64,000 bases of DNA from contig NIVC01003175.1 in NCBI GenBank assembly GCA_002269645.1, positions 1-64,000 of the forward strand, written 5' to 3'. Under the pieces are notes generated by a model. That model was given only the letters and a program-made list of their open reading frames with translations. It was not told the origin of the DNA and made no database searches. Shown here piece by piece: positions 50,572 to 63,247 of the stretch; within the stretch, counting starts at the first letter, position 1, and every line of letters starts with the position of its first letter. Origin of the DNA: Macrostomum lignano. Lineage: Eukaryota. A program made the position numbers and the translations under genes.

Positions 50572-51333
50572 TCAGTCAAACGGCGACACGCACTGGCAGT
50601 AGCCTCCACCTGAGTACACATAGTTGTCAGTGGGCAGGTCAAGCAAGAGTCCGTTAAGGTAGACCCCAGCTCTATCTTCCACACCTTCATGGTTGTTCGG
50701 CTCTCCGCTGCTCCACAGTGCAGCCGAGATGTTGAGACCGCAGCTGGCCCACTGCCAGCCTTCTGACGGCTCCGAGCTGCCCGGCAGCTGCCAGCCTCCC
50801 ACGTAAACTGTGTTGACGGCCGCCACGCCAGCCAGTTGCTCGGCCGCCAGCTTTCCGACTTTGTCTCGCGCCGCTGCATCACTCAGCTCGGCCATGATGA
50901 CGAGTCCAGCCTCCGCGTCGCACATCTCCTTGCACCTGGTCCAGTTTCCCGCACAGCTCATGAACTTGTACTTGGTGCCGCACAGGTCGTCAGCGTAGCC
51001 AGCAGGACACAGGGCTCCCATCGGCAGTCCCGGCTGCTGCCTCACAAACAGCTGTGCTGTGCGATTGCAGCTGCAGTCTCTCACGTTCTTGCTGCACCTG
51101 TGAAACACGAACAGCTGGCACGGACCGTCGGACATGCTGAACGCCTGGCAGTGCGCGACATTGGCGCAGAGCATCGAGCACGTCTTGAGGGTGGTGACCT
51201 CCGGGTGAGTTCGCACGAACTCGCTTTTCACACAGTTGAGAGCCGTGACAGCATGGAACTGAACTCTGCATTTGCTGCTGCAGATCAGAGGAGTCTGCGA
51301 CAGAGCGACAATCAGGAAGCTGAGCAGCTTCAT
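50572..51333 (-). CDS. Secreted PAN/apple-like + C-type lectin domain protein, copy B (253 aa, intronless)
   Basis: Differs from copy A at 4 nucleotides I could find, giving R/K and G/E changes. Confidence 0.82.
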   Translation of the reverse strand: MKLLSFLIVALSQTPLICSSKCRVQFHAVTALNCVKSEFVRTHPEVTTLKTCSMLCANVAHCQAFSMSDGPCQLFVFHRCSKNVRDCSCNRTAQLFVRQQPGLPMGALCPAGYADDLCGTKYKFMSCAGNWTRCKEMCDAEAGLVIMAELSDAAARDKVGKLAAEQLAGVAAVNTVYVGGWQLPGSSEPSEGWQWASCGLNISAALWSSGEPNNHEGVEDRAGVYLNGLLLDLPTDNYVYSGGGYCQCVSPFD

Positions 51334-52288
51334 CCTATTCGTGAAATAACTTAGAATCTTGACTACAGGTTTTTTGTAGCGTTTGTGAAAGTTTCACCAG
51401 ATATTGTAGCTGCCTAGACAATATCGACCAATCATGACGCTGGTGCACTATGCAGCCTCAGGATGCGGCTAATTTGTTGGGCATGGTTTCAAACAATTAA
51501 GGAGGATATATAATTTTAATGAAGATGAGAAAATTTTCATAGCCGAGGCAACAGTGGCTACTGTGCAGGAAAAGTAGAGTGGAGTGTATTTTATGAAAAA
51601 AAGCGTTCAGACTGCGTTCAAGGGATATTTAAACATTGATTGATTTATAGTTTTAAACTCCCTACCTTTCTTCCCCCACCCTCTCCAGCGTGCAGGATTT
51701 ATTTTGCCTATGGTTGAACGTCATGGTCTATGATTAAAATAGAATCAGTCTAAGACTTATGAACATTCAAAAATCGTTACATTACTTGCAGTGAGTCCAT
51801 TTAATTATTTTGCTGTGCGACGTACTTTGTAATGTAAATTTGAAAGATGGATTTACATTCTCTGTCTTCACATTGAAGTACATAGCAAAAGTTTTGCTTT
51901 TTTAGTTTGTTGTCATTACCAATAAATAACGCTGCAGATTTCGTTCTTTTAACACGAGACAAGTTGCTGCTATTAGTAACTGACCCTCAAGTCACTGATG
52001 GTGGTTCGACCCACTTAGCTCCTGACCAGCTTGACCCACTCAGCCTAATCAAACAAAATTAAACCTTTTAAAAGGAATATTTGAATCACTTTTGGACAAT
52101 TTCTGGAACAAAAGCGAAAACGATGTTCAACTTCAAGCTACGTGAAAATTTATGTGCCTTCTTTCTCCTTTATTTCTAGCCACTGTGACGAATATTGCTG
52201 TTCATAGGAATAAATAAATACTAACACAGACTGGGATGTTGCTACTGTTTGAAACAAACCTATTTTATCCTTCACTGTCCAAAGTCTC

Positions 52289-55200
52289 TCATTGAATGAG
52301 CTTCTTCTTGAGCTCCAGAGCGGAGAAGAACATGCCGACAGCGCCGCTCAGAGCGCCGAACAAGATGATGCAGACGCGAACAAAAACGCCGAATGCGTTG
52401 AGCTGCTTCCGTTTGAGCACCAGGTGAAACCACGCCGGAAAGATGAAGCAGAGGCAGGTGCCAGTGAAGGAGCCGACCAGGCCCATCAGGAGGGCAAAGT
52501 GGGGTACCAGCATCGACAGGAATAGGCCAGCGGTCATGATGAGGGACCGGGTGAGCAGGATCCACAGCCAGTGCAAGCTGCCGTTGCGGTGGAAGGTCGG
52601 GTGGAAGGCGCCAAGGAAGGTCGCATCGAATCGCTCGATAACCACGAAGATGACGAGCGGCATGCTGGAGCGGTTCGGGCGCGGGGTGTGCTGCTGGTTT
52701 ATTTGTTGAGGACGATAGAAACGCTGGAGACAATGAGTATGAGCTAGCAATCAGTGGCTGCTCAACTTTTACATCTTCAATAAGCGGTTTCCTGTCGGGA
52801 CTCTAATCAGCTATAACAGTGCCCCTTCAAGACACACTGATCAGCTATAACAATGCCCCTTCAAGACACACTGATCAGCTATAACAATGCCATTCAAGAC
52901 ACACTGATCAGCTATAACAATGCCCCTTCAAGACACATTAATGAGCTATAACAATGCCATTCAAGACACACTGAACAGCTATAACAATGCCCCTTCAAGA
53001 CACACTCATCAGCTATAACAATGCCCCTTCAAGACACACTGATCAGCTATAACAATGCCCCTTCAAGACACACTGAACAGCTATAACAATGCCCTTCAAC
53101 ACACACTGATCAGCTACAACAATGCCCCTTCAAGACACACTGATCAGCTATAACAATGCCCCTTCAAGACACACTGATCAGCTATAACAATGCCATTCAA
53201 GACACACTGATCAGCTATAACAATGCCCCTTCGAGACACACTGATCAGCTATAACAATGCCCCTTCAAGACACTGATCAGCTATAACAATGCCCCTTCAA
53301 CACACACTGATCAGCTATAACAATGCCCCTTCAAGACACACTCATCAGCTATAACAATGCCCCTTCAAGACACACTGATCAGCTATAACAATGCCCCTTC
53401 AAGACACACTGATCAGCTATAACAATGCCATTCAAGACACACTGATCAGCTATAACAATGCCCCTTCAAGACACATTAATGAGCTATAACAATGCCATTC
53501 AAGACACACTGATCAGCTATAACAATGCCCCTTCAAGACACACTGATCAGCTATAACAATGCCCCTTCAAGACACACTGATCAGCTATAACAATGCCCCT
53601 TCAAGACACACTGATCAGCTATAACAATGCCCCTTCAAGACACACTGAACAGCTATAACAATGCCCCTTCAAGACACACTGATCAGCTATAACAATGCCA
53701 TTCAAGACACACTGATCAGTTATAACAATGCCCCTATCAAGACACACTGATCAGCTATAACAATGCTCCTTCAACACACACTGATCAGCTATAACAATGC
53801 CCCTTCAACACACACTGATCTGCTATAACAATGCCCCTTCAAGACACACTCATCAGCTATAACAATGCCATTCAAGACACACTGATCAGTTATAACAATG
53901 CCCCTATCAAGACACACTGATCAGCTATAACAATGCTCCTTCAACACACACTGATCAGCTATAACAATGCCCCTTCAAGACACACTGATCAGCTATAACA
54001 ATGCCATTCAAGACACACTGATCAGCTATAACAATGCCCCTTCAAGACACACTGATCAGCTATAACAATGCCTTCTGATCCACAGTTTAATCCATAGCAA
54101 TTCTCCTCGAGACAACTGGGACTCAACCAATCGACAGTCAAAGGACGCTGGGTGCATATTCAATTACCAAAGGTATATATAGAGCTCATGACTAACCTGA
54201 AGAATACGTTGACAAAGATGAGCGAATTCGAGATGAAGCTAAAATCGGCGTCAACCTCCAGATTGCGGCCGAACTCCTGCTCAGTGGCCATGCCGAATAT
54301 GAGCACAGCCATGACGCCCATGACGGTCTTGACAATGGCGGCCACCCCGAACGACACGGTGAGCATGGCCGGGTAGCTGTTTGGCCGGCGCATGCACTCC
54401 TCGATGCCGGGGAACACGGCGTGGGCGCAGTAGGAGAACACGATGATGCCGAAGCTAACGGGGAAGCTGGTTGGATCGAAGCCGGGCATGTTGGTCAGCG
54501 CCAGCTGGTCGAAGTGCATGAAGCAGAAGACCAGCACGGACACGATGCTAGACATCAGGCTGGCCACCGCCAGCATGCTGAACCAGGAGATGAAGGACAT
54601 TCGCGTGATGAACGTGAGCGGCAGGGTGGCGTAGGTGCTGATGCAGCTCCAGTGATAGATGTTCAGCGATGGCACTCGCTCCTTCATCAGCGAGGAGCTG
54701 GTGCTGGCCAGCAGGATGATGTACAGGCACATCCCGCCGAACATCTCCACCACGGAGACGATTGTGACGGCGCGCCGGCCGAACCGGGGCCAGACCATGG
54801 CGCCGACATCCGGGTAGGATTTCAGGTAGCGGACTCGGCGCCCGGTGCGCGGACAACCGGTGTAGAGACAGTCGACTAGCAGACAGCCGGTGTAGCAGCA
54901 CAGGGCGGCGACCAGACAGATGACCCCGATGGAGGCCCAGCTGCCGCGGCTGACCGCGTAGGGCACGCCCATGATGCCGATGCCCTGCACCAGATTGGTC
55001 ACGTTGAATCCGGCCGCGAAGGCCGAGTTGTTCCGGTCCTCGCACGGCACCTCGTGGATTGACTGCTGAGTGTAGCTGCGAATCTTGTGCACGCTGGACA
55101 TGAACCGGTTGGACATTGTCCTCGTGCGCGGCCGAAGTCCGCTGCCGACTGACGATTGCGCCCGTTGGTGCCTGGACCCGGTGACGCCGCTGGCGCTGAA

Positions 55201-55398
55201 CTGCTCGCTAGAGACCTCCATCAGCTCCTCATCCTCGCGCACCGTGGTCAGGTAGGGACCAGTGCCCGCGCGGCCTCGGCCGCCGGAGCTGCTGGCGCCG
55301 GGGTCATTGATAACAAAAGAGCTCTCGTCCGTCTGCGTGTAGCTGACGCAGGTGCTCGGACCCACGATTGGCACCTTCTCGTCGCCGTGGTCGGACAT
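52289..55398 (-). CDS. Vesicular inhibitory amino acid transporter-like protein (SLC32/Aa_trans family; 2 exons)
   Basis: Exons 55398-54197 and 52674-52289 (phase 2, VFFS|MPL). Motifs AGFNVTNLVQGIGIMGVPYA, CYTGCLLVDCLY, FPVSFGIIVFSY, VPHFALLMGLVGSFTGTCLCFIFP parallel VGAT/UNC-47. Confidence 0.85.
52810..54075. repeat. 34-bp minisatellite (CTATAACAATGCCCCTTCAAGACACACTGATCAG)n in the VGAT-like intron
   Basis: Directly visible. Confidence 0.94.
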
Positions 55399-56123
55399 CG
55401 GGCCAGAAGTAGCGATCGTAGAAGGAAGTGCGAACTAAACTGGTCCCGCTAGAGGCAGCTCGGGAGATTCAGAGAAGTAGTAAAGACACCTACATGTAAT
55501 TGGGTTGTAAAGCGAGCAACCTGTTAGACATTTCTTATCGAGTCAAATACTCGGCATTATCAAACTGTGCAATCGGAAGCGCGTGACAGTCTCTTTGACC
55601 TGGGGAGCGCCGCGTTGCTTATCTACCTGCCTAGAGGGGGGGGGGCGGAACACGCGCAAGGCTGGTGATCAGAAATAATCGATTGACTCGGGGCATTTTA
55701 AACTGCTCACTGCGCAGCAGGTGCCTACCTTATCTCTGCTGGCCCTATCTCTCAATGAAACACGCATGCGCACACACCCAAAGGTGCGCCTTGGTTTTAC
55801 TACTTTGAGAGATATGGGAAAAGTTTATAGTAAATTTTTGTGCCGATTCAAACCCGCTGGGCCAATGTTGAGGCACCCTGCTATCTTACTGCTGCATGGA
55901 GTCGACTTTCGAGAGATTTGGCTGGTCTCTTCTGGGGTCAAGCCGGCTCAAACAAACTATTACAATAGGCATTGTAAAACTGGACTCTAACCTTACTGTC
56001 TGATTTTTACTTACCAAATCTTACAATGAAGATTGACGCCCGATCGGTCTAAGCCACTCGGTTGCTTGAGAGCGCGCTAGAGTTGTTTTCAACTTTATAT
56101 CATAAATCAATCCTGCACACCTG

Positions 56124-56383
56124 GGGCCTTTTCATATTACCAGTTCCAGAACCAGAATCGGTTCGGAATTCCAAGAAAAACAGCAGTATAACTATTAAAC
56201 TCTGTTAATATTTGACTGCCTTAACAACCTAACTTAGCACAATTATTTACTTTCTTCTTGGCCATTGTCATTCAATAATAAAAACTTTATAGTACGTATC
56301 TCCGTCTAGTTATGGAGACAAAAAGTTATACTTCACAAATTGGTTCTGGTTCTGGAACCAGAGCAAGCAATATGAAAAGGCCC
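56124..56383. mobile_element. PIF/Harbinger-type MITE
   Basis: TIR GGGCCTTTTCATATT / AATATGAAAAGGCCC; CTG TSD at 56121-23 and 56384-86. Confidence 0.75.
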
Positions 56384-56649
56384 CTGGTTGCCATGTACAA
56401 AATATGCAATGAACGAGCAAGCGTACATCTGCACAATCAACTTCTCCTAACTGTTTATTAGTTACACTACCGTAGATTGAGCACGTTGGCTCTCGGTTAG
56501 AGTTTATTCAGGTGCCCTGCTAAGGTTAGCGACTTACTATATGCCGTATAGAGTAGACTCATCTTGTACAGTACAGTACTCGGAGCCAGTGCGATTGAGT
56601 CTGTTGTTGTTCTGTCTGCCTGTCTGTCTATCTTATCTATCCACCTATC

Positions 56650-57551
<902 letters not shown>

Positions 57552-57648
57552 CTACTAGATAGATGTATCTAGTAGTAGAGACAGTAGTAGTCCTACTCCT
57601 ACTACTCTAGTAGTAGAGTAGTAGGAGTCTATCTATCTACGAATAAAT

Positions 57649-57689
57649 AAACCCTGACGAAGGCCCAGTCCAGGCCGAAACATCGGTTT
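57649..57689 (+). ncRNA. Minimal type I hammerhead ribozyme motif, copy 1
   Basis: Stem I AAACC/GGTTT, core CTGACGA, stem II GGCC-CAGTCCA-GGCC, GAAA, minimal stem III ACAT, predicted cleavage after C57684. Confidence 0.7.
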
Positions 57690-58494
57690 CTGAATATTCG
57701 ACAACTAACGTTCTTCAATATTTCCGTGTGTGTGGTTTGCAGTTTGAAGCTGCCTTTTGCATATCTATTACCCAGGATTGGATTATTGAGGCTCGCCATG
57801 TTTGTCAACAAAAAGTCTATGTATATTTTCCGCTAAAAATCTACTCGGGATAAGCAAGAGTACTATTTCTGCAGCTGCAAATATTAAATGTACGACTACT
57901 ACTACTCTACTACTACTACTTCTACTACTACTACAACAACAACTACTACTACTACTACTGCAACTACTATAGTGCTACTACTACTGACAATCTAGCTTCA
58001 ACTGATCGGCAGTGCCCAGTCGCCTGTGACCAGGGGCTGTGCAGGCGGCGATCTGTGACCAGACGCCGCCAACTGCGTCTCGCGTGGCCTGTCTGGCTAC
58101 CCAATTAATTACTGTATATGAATTCAATAGTTACATCTAATTATTTACACTTATTTATGCAAAGTTCTCAGTGCTCTGTATTAATTTAATATTTGTTTTT
58201 TTTTCTACGGGCGTAATTAACTTATTTGTTGAACTTTTCAAGATGCTTAGTCATACACTTCTACGCTTTAAATCTGGTTTTCTATAGCACCTAACATCTT
58301 TATTTTTGTGCAAGGCTTTAGCTGCAAGACTTTAACCAATCAGCGTGCTTCAACTCACGTTTTTAACTAATTATACGTACACATCTTTACTCAACACTGC
58401 TCAGTGCACCCCCAAAAGTCGCATATATATATTGAAATTATGTTAAAATAACTTCACAGCCAATTTATTTGTTTTTAAACCCGAATAAATAAAT

Positions 58495-58535
58495 AAACCC
58501 TGACGAAGGCCCAGTCCAGGCCGAAACATCGGTTT
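58495..58535 (+). ncRNA. Minimal type I hammerhead ribozyme motif, copy 2
   Basis: Identical to copy 1; predicted cleavage after C58530. Confidence 0.7.
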
Positions 58536-58607
58536 CTGAATATTCGACAACTAACGTTCTTCAATATTTCCGTGTGTGTGGTTTGCAGTTTGAAGCTGCC
58601 TTTTGCA

Positions 58608-58702
<95 letters not shown>

Positions 58703-59020
58703 AGGAGTTGTAGCCTATGGTGGTTAGAGCGTCGGACTCACGACTGAAACGTCGGGATTCGATTCCCGATCCCATTGGAACAATTTGTGTCCTTGAGCAA
58801 GACACTTAACTCCGCATTGCTTCAGTTCACCCAGCTGTAAAATGGGTGCCAGCATTAGCTGGGGTAATTGAGGTTGTGTGTGGCGACCCCCCCCCCCCCA
58901 GTCCTTGGACTGAACAGCCGTACGCAGCCTTCAGATACGCCGTGCAATAGCTGCGGCTGAGCTGTCGGTTGCTCATCTGGCCATCAGGGCAGCTGCAGTA
59001 AATAATAATATGATTATTGA
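58703..59020 (+). mobile_element. tRNA-derived CORE-type SINE, copy 3
   Basis: Same head, CORE and tail as the 48712 copy; abuts the ATCT tract. Confidence 0.85.
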
Positions 59021-59205
59021 AATGAAAATAATTGCAACATACCAACGGCAAATACTCTAGGCTTTCTTGTTTTAGAGTCATAGTCAAACAGCGAAAAATG
59101 CACATTACAAATTTAATTACACGCAATATTTAATGCACAGGTACGCATAGCACAGGTATTAATAATGTAACAGAATACGGATACATAGCTGCTATGGCCG
59201 GCATA

Positions 59206-60636
59206 TCAAGGCTTGAGCAGCGGAATGCCCAGCTCAGCCCGCAGCTTGTTTGCCTCTCTGATCTCTTCCTCCTCGCGGTCGCGGTTCCGCTGTTGCCGAT
59301 CCCGATCCCGGTCCCGTCGATCGCCTGAGTCCCGCCTCGGCCTCTTCCGTTCGCCGCGGTCTTTATCCTTGTCTTTGTCCTTGTCTCGCCTGTCTTTATC
59401 CTTATTATGGTGCCGGTCTTTGTCCTTGGCCGATGATTTGCCGTCCTTGCCGCCGCCGCTGCTGTCTTTTTTGTCCTTCTTGCGCTTCTTCTTCGAATCA
59501 CCGCCGCCGCCGTTGTCGACAGTTTTGCGGCGTCGTTCGGCTGGCGACCTTGACCTCGATTTGGACTTTGACCTTGACCTGGACCTGCAATGTACACGCA
59601 TGCATGCATAAATATAATTTGACTACTAGTATAATTTCAAGGCGCAGAGTTTACATGTATACGGCTTTCAATTAGAAAGTCAGGGCTGCTGTACACCCCG
59701 TGTGAGCGTGTTCGTGCTCAGAGGTCAGCGATATTGGCATGACTGCTGGCTGCGGGTTGCCTGCCCACTTTGATTAGCGCCACTGCTTAAAGCCCCTTAA
59801 TAACAAGCGCATTAAGGCCCACACAGGTAACAAGTAGATAGAATTGCGCACCTTGATCGGGACCGTCGCCTCTGTCGATGGTGCTGCTGACTGTGACGAT
59901 GGTGCTGTTGCCTGTGCGGCGGCGGCGATGGCCGCTTTGGCGGCGGCGAGACGTTGTCGCGGCGTCGCGGACTTGGCGAAGCTGACGACCTTCTATCGCT
60001 GCCGTCTCGACTGGCGTCCTCTCCGTCGTCATCCTCATCGGCGGCCAAGGCATCCTCCAGGCGGACATCCTGAAGCTCCTCGTCGAGCAGCGAGACCCTG
60101 GGATCAAGTTCGTTTTCCTCTTCTAGCACCTGTCGCTTCTGCAGCCGCGGCAAGATGACATCGCAGGAGCGCTCCTCGCGCAACAGTTCGTCAACGAATT
60201 CGTCCATATGGATGATGGAGAAGGCGCCCTGCCGGTCGATGCGCTTGAGCTTGCGATAGTCATTATAAAGCGGCTCCAAGTAGCGATAGCACTCAAGCGA
60301 ATCTTGAGTCAGCCGCAGGTAGAACATGCCGAGAGCGCGAGCATATTTATGATCTTTCTGGCGAATGAACTCGATAATGATGTCCTTGGCTGGCTGGATC
60401 TGCAGCATCTTCAATGTCAGGCAGAGAAACGGAGTCGGTTTAATGTTGCCGCCGTGTACTCCGCCGATGTACTTGAGAGCGACGGCCCGTTCAACAAGCA
60501 GCTCCTCGTTGACGGCGAAGCACTCCTCCTTCCAGTATCGGCACTCGTAGATTCGGGAGCGAATGATTTTTTCTATCAAATACTGCGGATTGGTGCCGTG
60601 CACCGTGTGCGCGTCCTTCACAGTGCGATTGGCCAT
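59206..60636 (-). CDS. PRPF38A: Pre-mRNA splicing factor 38A (2 exons)
   Basis: MANRTVKDAHTVHGTNPQYLIEKIIRSRIYE; KPTPFLCLTLKMLQIQP; exons 60636-59852 and 59584-59206 (phase 2); RS-rich tail ending EEEEIREANKLRAELGIPLLKP. Confidence 0.95.
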
Positions 60637-60849
60637 GCGGACAGCAATGCGGTGTTTTTGATGCTAATACTACTCACAGTAGCGCTGGGATAGTGGAGTT
60701 TCAAATTAGACTAAACTAAGCTTTGGAATTAACTATACCTTTAGCATTTTGGTCTGGGAATACTCGTAAAAATCAAACTTACACCAAACCCCAGACAGAC
60801 TAATTGGGGAGGGAGTTGCTAAGATATTAAGGCTCCTGGGAATTTTCTG

Positions 60850-62330
60850 AGATGTCAAGCCTCGGGGGAATTGCTGAAATGTCAAGGCTTACGGGGGAAT
60901 TGGTTGAGAAGTCAAGGCTTACGGGGGAATTGGTTGAGAAGTCAAGGCTTACGGGGGAATTGGTTGAGATGTCAAGGCTTACGGGGGAATTGGTTGAGAT
61001 GTCAAGGCTTACGGGGGAATTGGTTGAGATGTCAAGGCTTACGGGGGGAATGACTGAGAAGTCAAGGCTTACGGGGGAATTGGTTGAGATGTCAAGGCTT
61101 ACGGGAGAATTGGTTGAGATGTCAAGGCTTACGGGGGAGTTGGTTGAGATGTCAAGGCTTACGGGGGAGTTGGTTGAGATGTCAAGGCTTACGGGGGGAA
61201 TGGTTGAGATTTCAAGGCTTAGGGGGGGAATGACTGAGATGTCAAGGCTTACGGGGAGGAATGACTGAGATGTCAAGGCTTAGGGGGGGGGAATGACTGA
61301 GATGTCAAGGCTTAGGGGGGGGGAATGACTGAGATGTCAAGGCTTAAGGGGGAATTGGTTGAGATGTCAAGGCTTAAGGGGGAATTGGTTGAGATGTCAA
61401 GGCTTAGGGGGGGGATGACTGAGATGTCAAGGCTTAAGGGGGAATTGGTTGAGATGTCAAGGCTTAAGGGGGAATTGGTTGAGATGTCAAGGCTTAGGGG
61501 GGGGGGAATGACTGAGATGTCAAGGCTTAGGGGGGGAATGACTGAGATGTCAAGGCTTAGGGGGGGAATGACTGAGATGTCAAGGCTTAGGGGGGGGGAA
61601 TGACTGAGATGTCAAGGCTTAGGGGGGGGGAAATGACTGAGATGTCAAGGCTTAAGGGGGAATTGGTTGAGATGTCAAGGCTTAAGGGGGAATTGGTTGA
61701 GATGTCAAGGCTTAGGGGGGGGATGACTGAGATGTCAAGGCTTAAGGGGGAATTGGTTGAGATGTCAAGGCTTAAGGGGGAATTGGTTGAGATGTCAAGG
61801 CTTAAGGGGGAATTGGTTGAGATGTCAAGGCTTAGGGGGGGGGGAATGACTGAGATGTCAAGGCTTAGGGGGGAATGACTGAGATGTCAAGGCTTAGGGG
61901 GGGAATGACTGAGATGTCAAGGCTTAGGGGGGGGAATGACTGAGATGTCAAGGCTTAGGGGGGGGAATGACTGAGATGTCAAGGCTTAGGGGGGGAATGA
62001 CTGAGATGTCAAGGCTTAGGGGGGAATGACTGAGATGTCAAGGCTTGGGGGGGAATGACTGAGATGTCAAGGCTTAGGGGGGGGGGGAAATGACTGAGAT
62101 GTTAAGGCTTAGGGGGTTGGGGGAATGACTGAGATGTCAAGGCTTAAGGGGGAATTGGTTGAGATGTCAAGGCTTACGGGAGGAATGACTGAGATGTCAA
62201 GGCTTAGGGGAGGAATGACTGAGATGTCAAGGCTTAAGGGGGAATTGGTTGAGATGTCAAGGCTTACGGGAGGAATGACTGAGATGTCAAGGCTTAGGGG
62301 AGGGGGGATGATTGAGATGTCATGGCTGCG
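60850..62330. repeat. G-rich about 30-bp minisatellite (GAGATGTCAAGGCTTAGGGGGGGAATGACT / ...GGGGGAATTGGTT)n
   Basis: Directly visible, between the GLD-2-like stop and the PRPF38A start. Confidence 0.93.
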
Positions 62331-63247
62331 AGGTCAGAAGCATCATATATAGTTAATTAAAAAATCATTCCAACATTTGTTGCCTCTCCAACAGGGGGGG
62401 GGGGGCTGATTGCTAGTCCTACAACTAAAACAGAGCCCTAGTAAAAATTCAAAGTGGAAAAATGAAACAGAGAACACAGAATTTCTCTGGGATGAGAAAA
62501 CCGTGAGGTTATTGCAGAATGCGATTTCTTACCATTTTTATTACGGAGAACACAAAAATGAATCATTAATTATTAGTTCGCAGACGACATGGCACGGTCG
62601 CTTGAAAACTTGTGACAGATTTTCTTGTATCAAATTCGAGACCAGGATAAAAAAAGACAGGGACCACAGGTTTGATCTGGGTTGCAAAAAATTCCAGTAA
62701 GAGTAAGTTTTTTTGTTCAATCTTTTTCCGACAGGTTTGAGCTTTGAGATTTTGCGTGACAATTTGATGGGGGGGTCAGTCTGTTTGTGAAGCGAGGAAA
62801 CTAGGTCGCAGTTATTATCATAGTCTGGATTAGAAACTACACACATCTGGCAGCGCACTGGTACAGGGTACGGAAGCGGATCTTATTGTGGAAGACGAAA
62901 CAACTAATGCAAACATGTGGCGGTACCTCGGTGAGCAGTTTTGTTTTTTTGAGTCATTTTTTTTTCATAACAAAAGTAGGCTTAAGATGGAAAACGAAGA
63001 ATGAAAGCAAATGTTGAGAAAAAGTTGAATTAAATTCAGACGGAAAGACTTGTGAAAACTTCAAATAAAAGCATTGCTAAAAGAGAACTCATCAAAGATA
63101 AAATGAAAGAATAGAAAACTTAAATATAGAAAAGCCTGGGCTGTAAATGCAGAAACAGCACAAAAAACTGTTTTACTGAAAGCGCTTGATAAATTCAAAA
63201 TAAAATAAACACAGCCGCTCTCCGAGAGAAAGTCAATCGTATCGAGC

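Larger units (their letters stand above)
57641..58612 (+). mobile_element. Non-autonomous Penelope-like/retrozyme-like unit with two about 125-bp direct repeats
   Basis: Identical GAATAAATAAACCCTGACGAAGG...TGCCTTTTGCATATCTAT blocks at about 57641-57766 and 58487-58612, each carrying a hammerhead motif; no RT ORF between them. Confidence 0.7.

Noticed and set aside
62541-62858. 105-aa ORF with CQMC motif and a possible small intron upstream
   Set aside because: No recognisable family; probably 3' UTR of the GLD-2-like gene.
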